DNA of 64,000 nt. Origin: a virus (lineage: Duplodnaviria > Caudoviricetes). This document shows, one piece after another, positions 1 to 8,513 of this stretch (position 1 is its first letter; each line of letters starts with the position of its first letter). A program made the position numbers and the translations under genes. The notes below the pieces were generated by a model. That model did not search any database. It was not told the origin of the DNA and was given only the letters and a program-made list of their open reading frames with translations. The DNA lies in the IMG/VR virus record IMGVR_UViG_3300028175_000001. One strand, written 5' to 3'.

Positions 1-593
1 CCACCACTTTCATCTACCAAATATGCCTCGAATGAAACACCTTTGTATTTTTTCTGCAAAGACAAAAATGATGTTATGTTCGACTGTGCATCGTCATATA
101 ACCTAACTCTGGTATATTTACCCGTTTTCAAATATTTATTGAAAATAATTTTTTTGTTTTTTGCAGATGAACCAAGATTTAGGTTCCCCGCACGTTCAAC
201 ATAAACATCATCTATCGGAATTCCTTGTTTTCTAAATGTGTCGAGAAACTTCTTCTTGTCATCAAAGTCTGCTCTCGCCGTAACTATAATCATCTTCGCC
301 CCCTTTGCAATCACGTTTTTTGCGATTGCTTTCATTTTAGCGATCATGGGTTTGATGGGTTCGGACGTTTTCAGAAAATGTTCTGCGTCTCCAAACTCCC
401 CAAAATCAAACTCTTCTCCGTCTTTCAGTTTATAGCTATTAAACTCTTGGTTGTTTAATTTTCGAGCCACTCTACCATCCTTTTTAACCAAGATGTTAGC
501 GGTAGTCTTGAATAAAGTCTCGTCTATATCGAAAATGGTCAGTCCTATTCCTTCTTGAACTTTTTCTAAAACGTATTCTTTGAATGTTTTCAT
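1..593 (-). CDS. HAD-superfamily phosphatase (PNKP-phosphatase-like) with N-terminal capsid-targeting-like peptide; 3' end runs off the window
   Basis: Manual translation from ATG 593: MKTFKEYVLEKVQEGIGLTIFDIDETLF...VTAR...AKNKK...LYDD, containing HAD motifs I (DxD), II (T), III (K) and IV (DD); no stop before base 1. Confidence 0.8.
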   Translation of the reverse strand, partial: MKTFKEYVLEKVQEGIGLTIFDIDETLFKTTANILVKKDGRVARKLNNQEFNSYKLKDGEEFDFGEFGDAEHFLKTSEPIKPMIAKMKAIAKNVIAKGAKMIIVTARADFDDKKKFLDTFRKQGIPIDDVYVERAGNLNLGSSAKNKKIIFNKYLKTGKYTRVRLYDDAQSNITSFLSLQKKYKGVSFEAYLVDESG

Positions 594-877
594 AGGTATT
601 TGTTGTCTATTTTTTGAATCTCTATTCCTGTAATATCTTTACCATATCTTTTCTTTGCATGATTTATTACTTTTGACAAACTGTCCTCAGAACCAAAAGA
701 AAGATCAGTATGAGCATCGACCGCAGATGACAAATTAGTTGCTGATAATGCCTTATAATGTATCAGTGCAATATGAGTTATATTGGGTCTAATTCTAGCT
801 TGTGTAGTATGAGACTTTCCACTCTTATCTTTTACTGTAATTTTCTGAAATTTGACATGTTCTTTGAATGTTTTCAT
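590..877 (-). CDS. Small hypothetical protein starting MKTFKEHV (putative internal head protein)
   Basis: ORF 590..907; second Met at 877 matches the starts of its neighbours; stop overlaps the start of the downstream gene. Confidence 0.65.
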   Translation of the reverse strand: MKTFKEHVKFQKITVKDKSGKSHTTQARIRPNITHIALIHYKALSATNLSSAVDAHTDLSFGSEDSLSKVINHAKKRYGKDITGIEIQKIDNKYL

Positions 878-1167
878 TCTGTTTCGTTCCAACCTGTTTT
901 TACACAACCCAAAGTGACATATTTACCCCTACTCCAACTATTAGTCTGTTCGTTATATTTCAACCACAACTGATTACCCTTTGCATCACAGTGTTGAACT
1001 AAAATCTTATCTTCTATTTCAAATACTCCTGCACGTCTATATCCTTCAAGTGTTGGAATTGTCTCTAAACTTCTAATCCAGAGGGGAGCTTCATGTTCCG
1101 ACACTAACATCTGAGAACACGAAGAAGTTATTACAATCACTAATAACAAAACAATCTTGGTTATCAT
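874..1167 (-). CDS. Putative lipoprotein
   Basis: MITKIVLLLVIVITSSC: basic residue, hydrophobic stretch and lipobox-like SSC; start trimmed from 1191. Confidence 0.6.
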   Translation of the reverse strand: MITKIVLLLVIVITSSCSQMLVSEHEAPLWIRSLETIPTLEGYRRAGVFEIEDKILVQHCDAKGNQLWLKYNEQTNSWSRGKYVTLGCVKTGWNETE

Positions 1168-1177
1168 AATCCTTACC

Positions 1178-1447
1178 TCAATCAAATGCACTAGGTGTTT
1201 TGACCCTCACCCACGGGCCTCGTCTGAATATCCTCGCAGGAATTGCGACTTCTTTTCCTATTGGATGTGTTTTCCAATATTTTTTATCTATACCAACAAT
1301 TCTCGTCAGGAAAGTGTTGTTCTTATTATCAGTCCCATACAGTTCAACTTCAACATCTACTTTCTGTCCGTCGATTTTTAATCCACCAATCCCCTTGAAA
1401 ATACCTTTCTTTATCTCGTTCAATACATGTTCTTTAAATGTTTTCAT
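1178..1447 (-). CDS. Small hypothetical protein starting MKTFKEHVLNE (putative internal head protein)
   Basis: ORF track; N-terminus resembles the T4 internal-protein targeting sequence. Confidence 0.65.
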   Translation of the reverse strand: MKTFKEHVLNEIKKGIFKGIGGLKIDGQKVDVEVELYGTDNKNNTFLTRIVGIDKKYWKTHPIGKEVAIPARIFRRGPWVRVKTPSAFD

Positions 1448-1938
1448 TATGTTCCGTCCTTAGTGGTCATAGAACTCTTAAAGTCCCATTTGTAAAAACT
1501 AACGTCTCCGCCAACAGTAAATCCGTTTGCTTCTTCGCCTTCTTTTTCGTTCTCGCCGTCCATATCACCCTTTTCGGAATCGACTTCTAACATCATGTAC
1601 TCACCTTTTTCTGCCTCTCCTTTGACACCTTCTAATGATTTGTGAGTTTCTTTTGAATAGGGTAGTTGATAATTGGTCGGAACATTATCCATATTCGCCA
1701 CCCACAAATAAATCCATTTGGGTTCATCTACGTAATGAGAAAGATACAACCCCTTTTCAGGAATACTCATTCTCGGTTGCCCCAAAAGTGAAGTATATGT
1801 TTCGTGGAGAGAAATAGTAAAAAAGAGAAATAATGGAATGAACCAAATCAAGAACTTCGGACTCTTCCTTCTGTCTATTAAAATCCACAGACACACCACT
1901 GCAAAAATAATCAAACCCAAAAATAAAAGAACTATCAT
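1447..1938 (-). CDS. Membrane-anchored protein, third gene of the ExbB/ExbD-like cassette
   Basis: Two N-terminal hydrophobic segments followed by an acidic soluble domain; start overlaps the upstream stop by 4 bp. Confidence 0.7.
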   Translation of the reverse strand: MIVLLFLGLIIFAVVCLWILIDRRKSPKFLIWFIPLFLFFTISLHETYTSLLGQPRMSIPEKGLYLSHYVDEPKWIYLWVANMDNVPTNYQLPYSKETHKSLEGVKGEAEKGEYMMLEVDSEKGDMDGENEKEGEEANGFTVGGDVSFYKWDFKSSMTTKDGT

Positions 1939-2648
1939 GGTGAATCCCGTTCTTCTCTACTGTTTCCATAGAAATTACCCATAGAACCAAGAGGTGAGAC
2001 AAACTTTTTCTTTTCAAATGTTACAGGAGAAATAAATCTACCGTCTTGGTCTATTGAAAATCGAACAAATGTTTCCTCTTGACCCTTTTTGAAAAACTTC
2101 TTCTCACCTTCCCAAATCAACCGATATGGGTTGACCTTATGTACTTCTATTCTAACCATAAGTGATTTCTTTGGTGTGAATTTTTTCTTTTGAATAGCGG
2201 GTTGTTTTCCGCTATTGGGTAAAATCATTGTAGAAGACTTCCCCTTCGAATAATAATGTGCGTTCACTATATATTCCCCTTTAGTGATTCCTCTGATAGT
2301 CACCACTTCTCTATTGAGTGCAACCGATGATGTGACACCACCTACAACAATTTGATCGTTTCTGTTGCCCAAATCATCTTTGTCGAGGTGCATGAAATTG
2401 CCTACCGTTCTTCTGAAAGAAACCCGCATTCCCAATGGATCTTCTACATAAAGATCAATATCGTCAGGTGCATCGTGGTTCCATTCCATGATGATAATGA
2501 ACTCTGCTTTTCGTTCAAAATCTTCTTTCTTGGCTTCGGGTTTAATCAATAAAAAGGCTATCATAAACAAAAAAGCAAATCCTACCAAAATGTTGAATAA
2601 CATATCGGTGAACCCGACCGATGATTTATATTTAGAATTGCTGTCCAT
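1935..2648 (-). CDS. MotB/ExbD-like single-TM protein with a YfaP/DUF2135-like soluble domain
   Basis: GFTDMLFNILVGFAFLFMIAFLL is a TM helix with an Asp positioned like ExbD/MotB; DIDLYVEDP and LDKDDLG motifs follow. Confidence 0.6.
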   Translation of the reverse strand: MDSNSKYKSSVGFTDMLFNILVGFAFLFMIAFLLIKPEAKKEDFERKAEFIIIMEWNHDAPDDIDLYVEDPLGMRVSFRRTVGNFMHLDKDDLGNRNDQIVVGGVTSSVALNREVVTIRGITKGEYIVNAHYYSKGKSSTMILPNSGKQPAIQKKKFTPKKSLMVRIEVHKVNPYRLIWEGEKKFFKKGQEETFVRFSIDQDGRFISPVTFEKKKFVSPLGSMGNFYGNSREERDSP

Positions 2649-3109
2649 TAATTACCCGATTCAAAATTTATTAATTGAACTTTTAGTATCAAAGAACAAA
2701 CTAAACCCGTGAGAGTAGTCCAAAGTGCAGTACTCATTCCAATTGCCATGTCAGAGAGAGCTTGTTGAAGTGTAACCGAATTAGTAACATCAATATTAGC
2801 AAAAGCTGTACCTAACATTAAAAGAAACCCTGTAACAGTACCGATCATTCCAAGTACAAGACACGCTTCGGCAATAAACCATCCAACTTCAATTGTTTTA
2901 TCTACGATTGAAGTTTTTTCTAAATCATAAGTTTTTCTTCCAATCCAAAGGGAAGTACTCACAAAAATGATAATAATCAAAAAACTAAGTTTAGTTGCAT
3001 CTGCATAATATAGAATTGGATGTAAATTATAATAATATGTTGTTCCAAAACCCAAAAGTATTAAACAAAATATTAACCACCATTTTAAAAGTTTTCTTCC
3101 TATTTTCAT
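2648..3109 (-). CDS. MotA/TolQ/ExbB proton-channel family protein
   Basis: LGMIGTVTG and GMSTALWTTLTGL match the two conserved ExbB/TolQ TM motifs; about 4 TM segments. Confidence 0.85.
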   Translation of the reverse strand: MKIGRKLLKWWLIFCLILLGFGTTYYYNLHPILYYADATKLSFLIIIIFVSTSLWIGRKTYDLEKTSIVDKTIEVGWFIAEACLVLGMIGTVTGFLLMLGTAFANIDVTNSVTLQQALSDMAIGMSTALWTTLTGLVCSLILKVQLINFESGN

Positions 3110-3223
3110 TTTTAGCCTCTAATAAAATTACTTAAAGTGAATCTTTTTCTTTCAAAATATCACTATTATATAAAACCATTCTTATATTTATTTTATTGCA
3201 AAGGTGTACATTTGAGGCCTTTT

Positions 3224-3577
3224 TCAATTTAATACTATTCTTGATGTCTTTGATTCTTTTATTTTATTTTTACAAAACTCTTGATGAATGTGTATTATTT
3301 TTGTTCTATTAAATGAAACGTCTTCAAACCATTTTCTATGTGCTTCAATTCCTTCTTCAAAAACATCATACCAAATAAACGCCCATTCTTTAGTTTTTTT
3401 TATCCATTTTATATGGAGAATCCCTATAAAATCTACCTCGTCGGTTCCAACTGTTTGAAATATTTCGTTTATTCCTAGACTAATAAGAAAATTAAATTCA
3501 GGAAGGGCATTTAAATACTGTTTAAATTGGGTTTCTATTAATTGTCTAAAAAAATGTTTTTTTCTAGGATTTATCAT
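3224..3577 (-). CDS. Hypothetical protein
   Basis: 117-aa ORF in the main gene orientation. Confidence 0.55.
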   Translation of the reverse strand: MINPRKKHFFRQLIETQFKQYLNALPEFNFLISLGINEIFQTVGTDEVDFIGILHIKWIKKTKEWAFIWYDVFEEGIEAHRKWFEDVSFNRTKIIHIHQEFCKNKIKESKTSRIVLN

Positions 3578-3774
3578 TATTGTTTTTACGTATCATGATT
3601 TAGTTCTCAATCTAAAGTTCGATTGTTTATGAAAAGTTCTGTGTGAACATACCGATAATGAGGAGACATGGCAGTGGGATCGTTAATGTGAACTACCTGC
3701 CAATGCGAGGATGTCCACCAGATAAAACTTGAGAATACCTTTTTGCTGATTCGTAGAAAAACTTTAAATGTCCA

Positions 3775-4092
3775 TTAAGAACTAAAAGTGTCACCATTAC
3801 GATGATGGATTTCCAATTCGTCTTTTTTCTTCCATGCGGTTGCACTTAGTATGGCCCCAAAGCTTAAATGAAACATTGCTCCTGCTCCTAGTGTAAGGGG
3901 CACCCATCTTGACACATCACATTTCACTCCTGGCGGATATCGATTTTTATCATTACAATGTTCTTCCATCTTAATATTCCACACTAACGGAGCAATAAAA
4001 AAATCAACCAAACAAATAAATAGATACAATAATGCCGCCCAGTCTCTCCAGTATCTATTAATATTTTTATTAATATTAAAATTCATTTTCAC
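3775..4092 (-). CDS. Holin-like membrane protein
   Basis: WRDWAALLYLFICLVDFFIAP and MFHLSFGAILSATAW TM segments; basic C-terminus. Confidence 0.5.
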   Translation of the reverse strand: MKMNFNINKNINRYWRDWAALLYLFICLVDFFIAPLVWNIKMEEHCNDKNRYPPGVKCDVSRWVPLTLGAGAMFHLSFGAILSATAWKKKDELEIHHRNGDTFSS

Positions 4093-4103
4093 TACAATTT
4101 TTA

Positions 4104-4361
4104 TTATTTTTCTGTGTTCTGTTGACTTTTTAGATCACCTTTCTTTTTTTTATTTAATGTAACAGAAGCTTTTTTGTCGTATAATAGTGGGTTGTCTTTT
4201 TTGTGTTGAGCTACATATTCATCCCCTTTATACCATGCATCTCGTCGTTTTTCTTGATCGTCTTCTTGAACTGAATCATCATTTTCTGGATCCATTTCAG
4301 CAGAATCTTCCTTGGTTATTTTGGCTTTGATGTTTTTTATGAAATTTCTAAAAGGTATCAT
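4104..4361 (-). CDS. Hypothetical charged protein (MIPFRNFIK start)
   Basis: ORF track. Confidence 0.55.
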   Translation of the reverse strand: MIPFRNFIKNIKAKITKEDSAEMDPENDDSVQEDDQEKRRDAWYKGDEYVAQHKKDNPLLYDKKASVTLNKKKKGDLKSQQNTEK

Positions 4362-4420
4362 ATCGTTATCTTTCTATTATATTTTGTTTAAAATGTGTCT
4401 TGTTTTTATCTTTTTTTGAT

Positions 4421-4567
4421 TTACATATCAGCACATTGTTGTCTGTAATATGAATGCCGATGTCGGCCCTTAGTATTTCCCATCCATCTATAAGGTGTAC
4501 ACAGGGTGCATTTTGGTTGTTTTCTAGTTCTTTTACTTTTTCGTTTACCTACTTTTCGTTTGTTCAT
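4421..4567 (-). CDS. Small very basic protein with CxxC (48 aa)
   Basis: Manual translation: MNKRKVGKRKSKRTRKQPKCTLCTPYRWMGNTKGRHRHSYYRQQCADM. Confidence 0.55.
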   Translation of the reverse strand: MNKRKVGKRKSKRTRKQPKCTLCTPYRWMGNTKGRHRHSYYRQQCADM

Positions 4568-4590
4568 TTTTTCTCGCTGGGTTTGAATAT

Positions 4591-5370
4591 TTATTGTTTT
4601 TTATTCTTCCTATCTAAGGCAAGTTGTACTCCTACAACAAACTTTTTACTTGCTATTTTATATTTATTGGGTGCATATTTTTTTAATAGTCCAAAAAATT
4701 TAGACTGGTCTATATGTTTTTGTAATGAACTATTGACACTTCTGATAGCTAAAAACTCGCCTATTTCAGACATTATTGTAGGATCAAATTCTTTTTGTGA
4801 AGTATAATATTCTATTTCATTTTCGGGGTTTCCTGTTTGAACTTGTTTTTCTGATTTATTTGAAAGAAAAACGTCTTGAACATAATGCATTAATTCATGT
4901 TTCAAGTCTGATTGCATTCTTACGAGGATTTGTTCAACATTCAATATTATGTCATTTTCATTATCTGCATTATGTGCTTCTTTTACGTAATTGGAAACAT
5001 AAAACGTAATTGCGGGATTACCTGTTTTTACGTGTTCTGTGTCATAATAAGAATTATAACTTGCTGGTTTGTTATCATAAATTAAGAATAATGTAATATC
5101 ATCATTTTGGTCAACGTCCCAATCTGGATAAGGCATATCTTGATGGGGGTTTTTATATACTACATCTGTTTTTGTGGTGGGTCTAATAAAATGTTTTATT
5201 CCATGTTTTCTTGCAAGTTTTTTAATTGTAGTAGAAAAACTATACATTCCAATTTCATTTATCATATGCGAAAAAGCAAATGTAAATAAAGTGGTCTCGA
5301 ATTGTTTATATATCTTGGGGGGTATCTGTACTAATCCCTCGCTCAAAGCAAAATTTTGAAATGTCTTCAT
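4591..5370 (-). CDS. HExxH zincin-like protein with capsid-targeting-like N-terminus
   Basis: Starts MKTFQNFALSE; contains DLKHELMHYVQD; TATAAATA late promoter upstream. Confidence 0.65.
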   Translation of the reverse strand: MKTFQNFALSEGLVQIPPKIYKQFETTLFTFAFSHMINEIGMYSFSTTIKKLARKHGIKHFIRPTTKTDVVYKNPHQDMPYPDWDVDQNDDITLFLIYDNKPASYNSYYDTEHVKTGNPAITFYVSNYVKEAHNADNENDIILNVEQILVRMQSDLKHELMHYVQDVFLSNKSEKQVQTGNPENEIEYYTSQKEFDPTIMSEIGEFLAIRSVNSSLQKHIDQSKFFGLLKKYAPNKYKIASKKFVVGVQLALDRKNKKQ

Positions 5371-5454
5371 TTTCTTTTTCTGACCGCCTGTCTATAAAAA
5401 ATTCAGATATGATTACTTTATTAAAATAATCATTTACTCGCATATCATTATCAC

Positions 5455-5462
5455 TATTTATA
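5455..5462 (-). promoter_or_regulatory. T4-type late promoter TATAAATA
   Basis: Exact match to the gp55 consensus in the intergenic region upstream of 4591..5370. Confidence 0.65.
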
Positions 5463-5475
5463 GTGTATTTTTTTA

Positions 5476-5709
5476 TTATGCAACGTCATTTTCAATATCT
5501 TCACGGGAAATGTCTTTGGCCTTATCAAACACAACTTCAGAATGGGGGATTTCTGATGAGGGTAATAAATTTCTAGCTATTTCAATTTTTTTAGCACCGA
5601 GTTCGGACAACACTCTGTCGTTCATTAAAGCGGAAAAAACAGCTTTTGCTTGGGTGTGGTCTCCATCCGAAATTTTATTTAAAAGATCATTTGAACTATA
5701 ATCCATCAA
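5476..5709 (-). CDS. Small helical protein, possibly gp67-like prohead core protein
   Basis: AKAVFSALMNDRVLSELGAKKIEIA resembles marine T4-like gp67 proteins from memory; late promoter upstream. Confidence 0.4.
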   Translation of the reverse strand: MMDYSSNDLLNKISDGDHTQAKAVFSALMNDRVLSELGAKKIEIARNLLPSSEIPHSEVVFDKAKDISREDIENDVA

Positions 5710-5748
5710 TTCTCCTATAATGAGGGTTTAATTATATATGTATCATTA

Positions 5749-6351
5749 TCAATATTTATACTCTATAAATTCAGTAAGATTATGATTTTTAAATTGATTT
5801 AAACCATTTAAACTTAAAAAATCAGTGATTTCAAAACTCGTATTATCTTTATTTAATGCAAGCAAAAAATAATCCATGTTCTTATATTTCCAATTATTTT
5901 CTCTAATGTGTTGCAAATGTTTTTTTCTTCCTTCCTCTGAATCATATGTTTTACATTCTATGAGTGAAAGAGTTGATACATGAAATATATCATAGTACAT
6001 ATAATCCCATTCCGTAACCGTTTTTACTTCATTATATTTTATCCACTCATTATTGTTTTTCCTCATCGTTTCTTTTGATATTTTTCTGTCTTTAGATTTT
6101 AATAAAAATTGATGAGAAGAAGCCTGTTTAAAATACTTCATGCAGTTTATCATATTAATTGGTCTAAAAACACCAGGAAATTCTTTACAAATTGATCTTT
6201 CAATTAATTCACCATCATATATTTGGCGAGCATGTTGTAATATAGTGTGTATGTGGGGGTTTCTGGGTTTTGGATACATGTATTGAGCTTTTGCCAGAGC
6301 ATCTTCAAATGCATATCCATTTGGATCATTATTATCTTTCAACAATATCAT
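5749..6351 (-). CDS. Hypothetical protein, possible PD-(D/E)xK nuclease
   Basis: GELIE...WDY...IECKT motif spacing. Confidence 0.4.
   Translation of the reverse strand: MILLKDNNDPNGYAFEDALAKAQYMYPKPRNPHIHTILQHARQIYDGELIERSICKEFPGVFRPINMINCMKYFKQASSHQFLLKSKDRKISKETMRKNNNEWIKYNEVKTVTEWDYMYYDIFHVSTLSLIECKTYDSEEGRKKHLQHIRENNWKYKNMDYFLLALNKDNTSFEITDFLSLNGLNQFKNHNLTEFIEYKY
5753..5760 (-). promoter_or_regulatory. T4-type late promoter TATAAATA
   Basis: Exact consensus about 45 bp upstream of 5476..5709. Confidence 0.55.
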
Positions 6352-6475
6352 AATTAACTTTTAATGTAATGTTATTTACTTAAAACACCCAATTTCAGGA
6401 TATTTCTTAAGTCTAGTAACTATTGTAACACGCTTACTAGCATATGGCAAGACTTTTCTTGACTATTATTTTACA

Positions 6476-6943
6476 TTACACCACTTTTACACGAGATTTC
6501 TTTTTAGTACTAACTGTTTTTGTAGTTTTCTTTGTTTGGTCTGTTTTCTTTTTGCTTGCTTTTTTTGCGGCACTCGTTGCTTCAATTGATTTTTTCACTG
6601 CGAGTTTAGCTTTTTCTTCTGAAACGTTTTTTGCTTTCTCTGCGGCATCTTCGGCCGCCGCTTTATTTCTTGATAATTGATCTTTAACAGCATTTGTTAT
6701 TTCATTATTATGCTCTTCCGTTAGTCTTATTATTTCATCAAGATATCTAGTTCGATCTTCATTCGCTTCTTCTGATTCTTTAGCAAGTTGCTGTGATGCT
6801 TTAGCCGTTTCTTTTGCATGTTGTAATATTTTCTTAATATCGGGGTCTACTTCTGCATCAATATTTAGGTTAGCAATTAAATCAGTTTTTCCTGAATCTA
6901 TTAATCCAATATTAGCAGTTGTTGATGTATTTTCGCTTTTCAT
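6476..6943 (-). CDS. Coiled-coil protein with Lys/Ala-rich, histone-like C-terminus
   Basis: ORF track; ends AAKKASKKKTDQTKKTTK... Confidence 0.6.
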   Translation of the reverse strand: MKSENTSTTANIGLIDSGKTDLIANLNIDAEVDPDIKKILQHAKETAKASQQLAKESEEANEDRTRYLDEIIRLTEEHNNEITNAVKDQLSRNKAAAEDAAEKAKNVSEEKAKLAVKKSIEATSAAKKASKKKTDQTKKTTKTVSTKKKSRVKVV

Positions 6944-6965
6944 TTTGTGTTTCCTTTTATGACGT

Positions 6966-6998
6966 AAAAAACGACAAGTAGTAAACTTGTCGTTTTTT
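6966..6998. terminator. Bidirectional intrinsic terminator
   Basis: AAAAAACGACAAGT-agtaa-ACTTGTCGTTTTTT, a perfect 14-bp inverted repeat. Confidence 0.85.
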
Positions 6999-7017
6999 AA
7001 CTAATATTATTTTAAAT

Positions 7018-7239
7018 TTATTTTTTAGAATAAATTCCCCATAATACCCAAACAGCAACTAATCCAACAAGTCCTTCATTGCCCAATTGCTTTACTATTC
7101 CTACTACTGATCCTACGACATCCAGTCCGATAAATGGAACTGCCGCTCCAAATATTATTTGAAGCACAACTCCAAGTGCTATAAACGCTAATCCAATTTC
7201 CGTGATGGAACGAATCCATCCAAGAGTTTTTTCTACCAT
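7018..7239 (-). CDS. Small membrane protein (73 aa)
   Basis: AGGAG RBS before ATG 7239; hydrophobic segments. Confidence 0.7.
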   Translation of the reverse strand: MVEKTLGWIRSITEIGLAFIALGVVLQIIFGAAVPFIGLDVVGSVVGIVKQLGNEGLVGLVAVWVLWGIYSKK

Positions 7240-7491
7240 GATTCTCCTTTTAAAGTTATTAAAGTTATATGTCAAAGTAAAGATATTTTAAACTAAACAT
7301 ATGAATTTCAGCATTGTTATTGTTTGTATAATCTTTGTAATTTTTGACATATCGTGTTGGTTTAAAATCTTACATATTACGTCCAATGTAGTTTGATACT
7401 TTAAACCCGTTTGATAGCATGACATCAAGAATTAAATCCCCTTGTGATATGCTATCAACAATCACATTTATCACCATAATTTATTCATTAA

Positions 7492-7734
7492 TCAAGTTTT
7501 CAAATTAATTAATGAGTTTTTCCAATCCCCCAACTGCAAATCTACTTCTTCTACAGATAACAAAATCGGAACAGTTATTTGTAAAACGTCTCCCGCTTTA
7601 ACGTCCCATGTATCACACGCTATATCAGTTGTCAATCCAGGTTTATTTTGAAAAGCAAATATTGCGCCATTTAAGTCTCGGGCAACATATTTAAAATGTT
7701 TCGGTATTAGAGTTTCGACAGTTAGTTTTTTCAT
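7492..7734 (-). CDS. Hypothetical protein, paralogous to 48748..48960
   Basis: Shares the A.D.....F...NKP......WDVK.G pattern. Confidence 0.65.
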   Translation of the reverse strand: MKKLTVETLIPKHFKYVARDLNGAIFAFQNKPGLTTDIACDTWDVKAGDVLQITVPILLSVEEVDLQLGDWKNSLINLKT

Positions 7735-7759
7735 TATTATGATTATTAATTTCTTGTCA

Positions 7760-8005
7760 TTATTGAATATTTGAATATTTCGAAGATTTGGCTATTTTGA
7801 TCCTAACCTCCATTAATTGTTTATCTATTTCATCTAATTCTTTAAAGCCCCGTATAATATCTGAATGGATTCGAGGAATGTCTGATTGTTCTACTTTATG
7901 AAGACTTTTGTCTATGCTCATAACCGTCACGATTATCCATGTTATACACCCTGTTAATATGGCGAAAATTAATGGCACCATCGTGCTGACTACTGAATGC
8001 TTCAT
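7760..8005 (-). CDS. Single-TM coiled-coil protein
   Basis: N-terminal TM segment and heptad-like tail. Confidence 0.6.
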   Translation of the reverse strand: MKHSVVSTMVPLIFAILTGCITWIIVTVMSIDKSLHKVEQSDIPRIHSDIIRGFKELDEIDKQLMEVRIKIAKSSKYSNIQ

Positions 8006-8067
8006 TAAACGAGTTAATTTCTGTATCGAGTGCCCTGTTATGCATGTGTTAGTTTATTATTTGTATA

Positions 8068-8310
8068 TTAGAAAACTTCATTTTGTAATTTTAAGGCAAG
8101 TTTAATGGCTTTATTTAAATCTTCTTTCTTTTGTTTTGCGGCATTTTTAGATTTTAATCGTTTAGCAAGAGATGGTTTTAAAAAATACCTGTTATTTTTA
8201 ACATCCTGTAAAATACCTTCATCATTAACTTTATTCTTAAATGCTTGCAAAAGTATAAAGTTATTATTTGATTTATTTTTTACACTAATACGTACTATAT
8301 TTTTTGACAT
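8068..8310 (-). CDS. rpsU: Ribosomal protein bS21 homolog
   Basis: LQAFKNKVNDEGILQDVKNNRYFLKPSLAKRLK matches the bS21 core (FKrk...Gil.e.r.r.yy.KPS). Confidence 0.8.
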   Translation of the reverse strand: MSKNIVRISVKNKSNNNFILLQAFKNKVNDEGILQDVKNNRYFLKPSLAKRLKSKNAAKQKKEDLNKAIKLALKLQNEVF

Positions 8311-8312
8311 AA

Positions 8313-8486
8313 TTAACCGTTTAATTGTTGTTTTTTATCAATAATTGCTTTATCAACCAGCAAAATTTTATTATTAAGAACCCCTCTTTCTGTGAATTCT
8401 TCGTCACAGTTTCTAGAATCTAAAAAATATTCTTTTAGGCTCTCTAAATCCTCTAAAGACATTTCGTGAAAATTCATTTTTTCCAT
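8313..8486 (-). CDS. Hypothetical protein (57 aa)
   Basis: Manual translation MEKMNFHEMSLEDLESLKEYFLDS...QQLNG; fills the gap between neighbours. Confidence 0.55.
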   Translation of the reverse strand: MEKMNFHEMSLEDLESLKEYFLDSRNCDEEFTERGVLNNKILLVDKAIIDKKQQLNG

Positions 8487-8513
8487 TTGTTCAATTATTA
8501 TTTACCTTTATGG

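Noticed and set aside
5476-5709. Firm gp67 assignment
   Set aside because: The resemblance is from memory only, and the gene is far from the gp20-gp23 cluster, which continues beyond the right end of the window.
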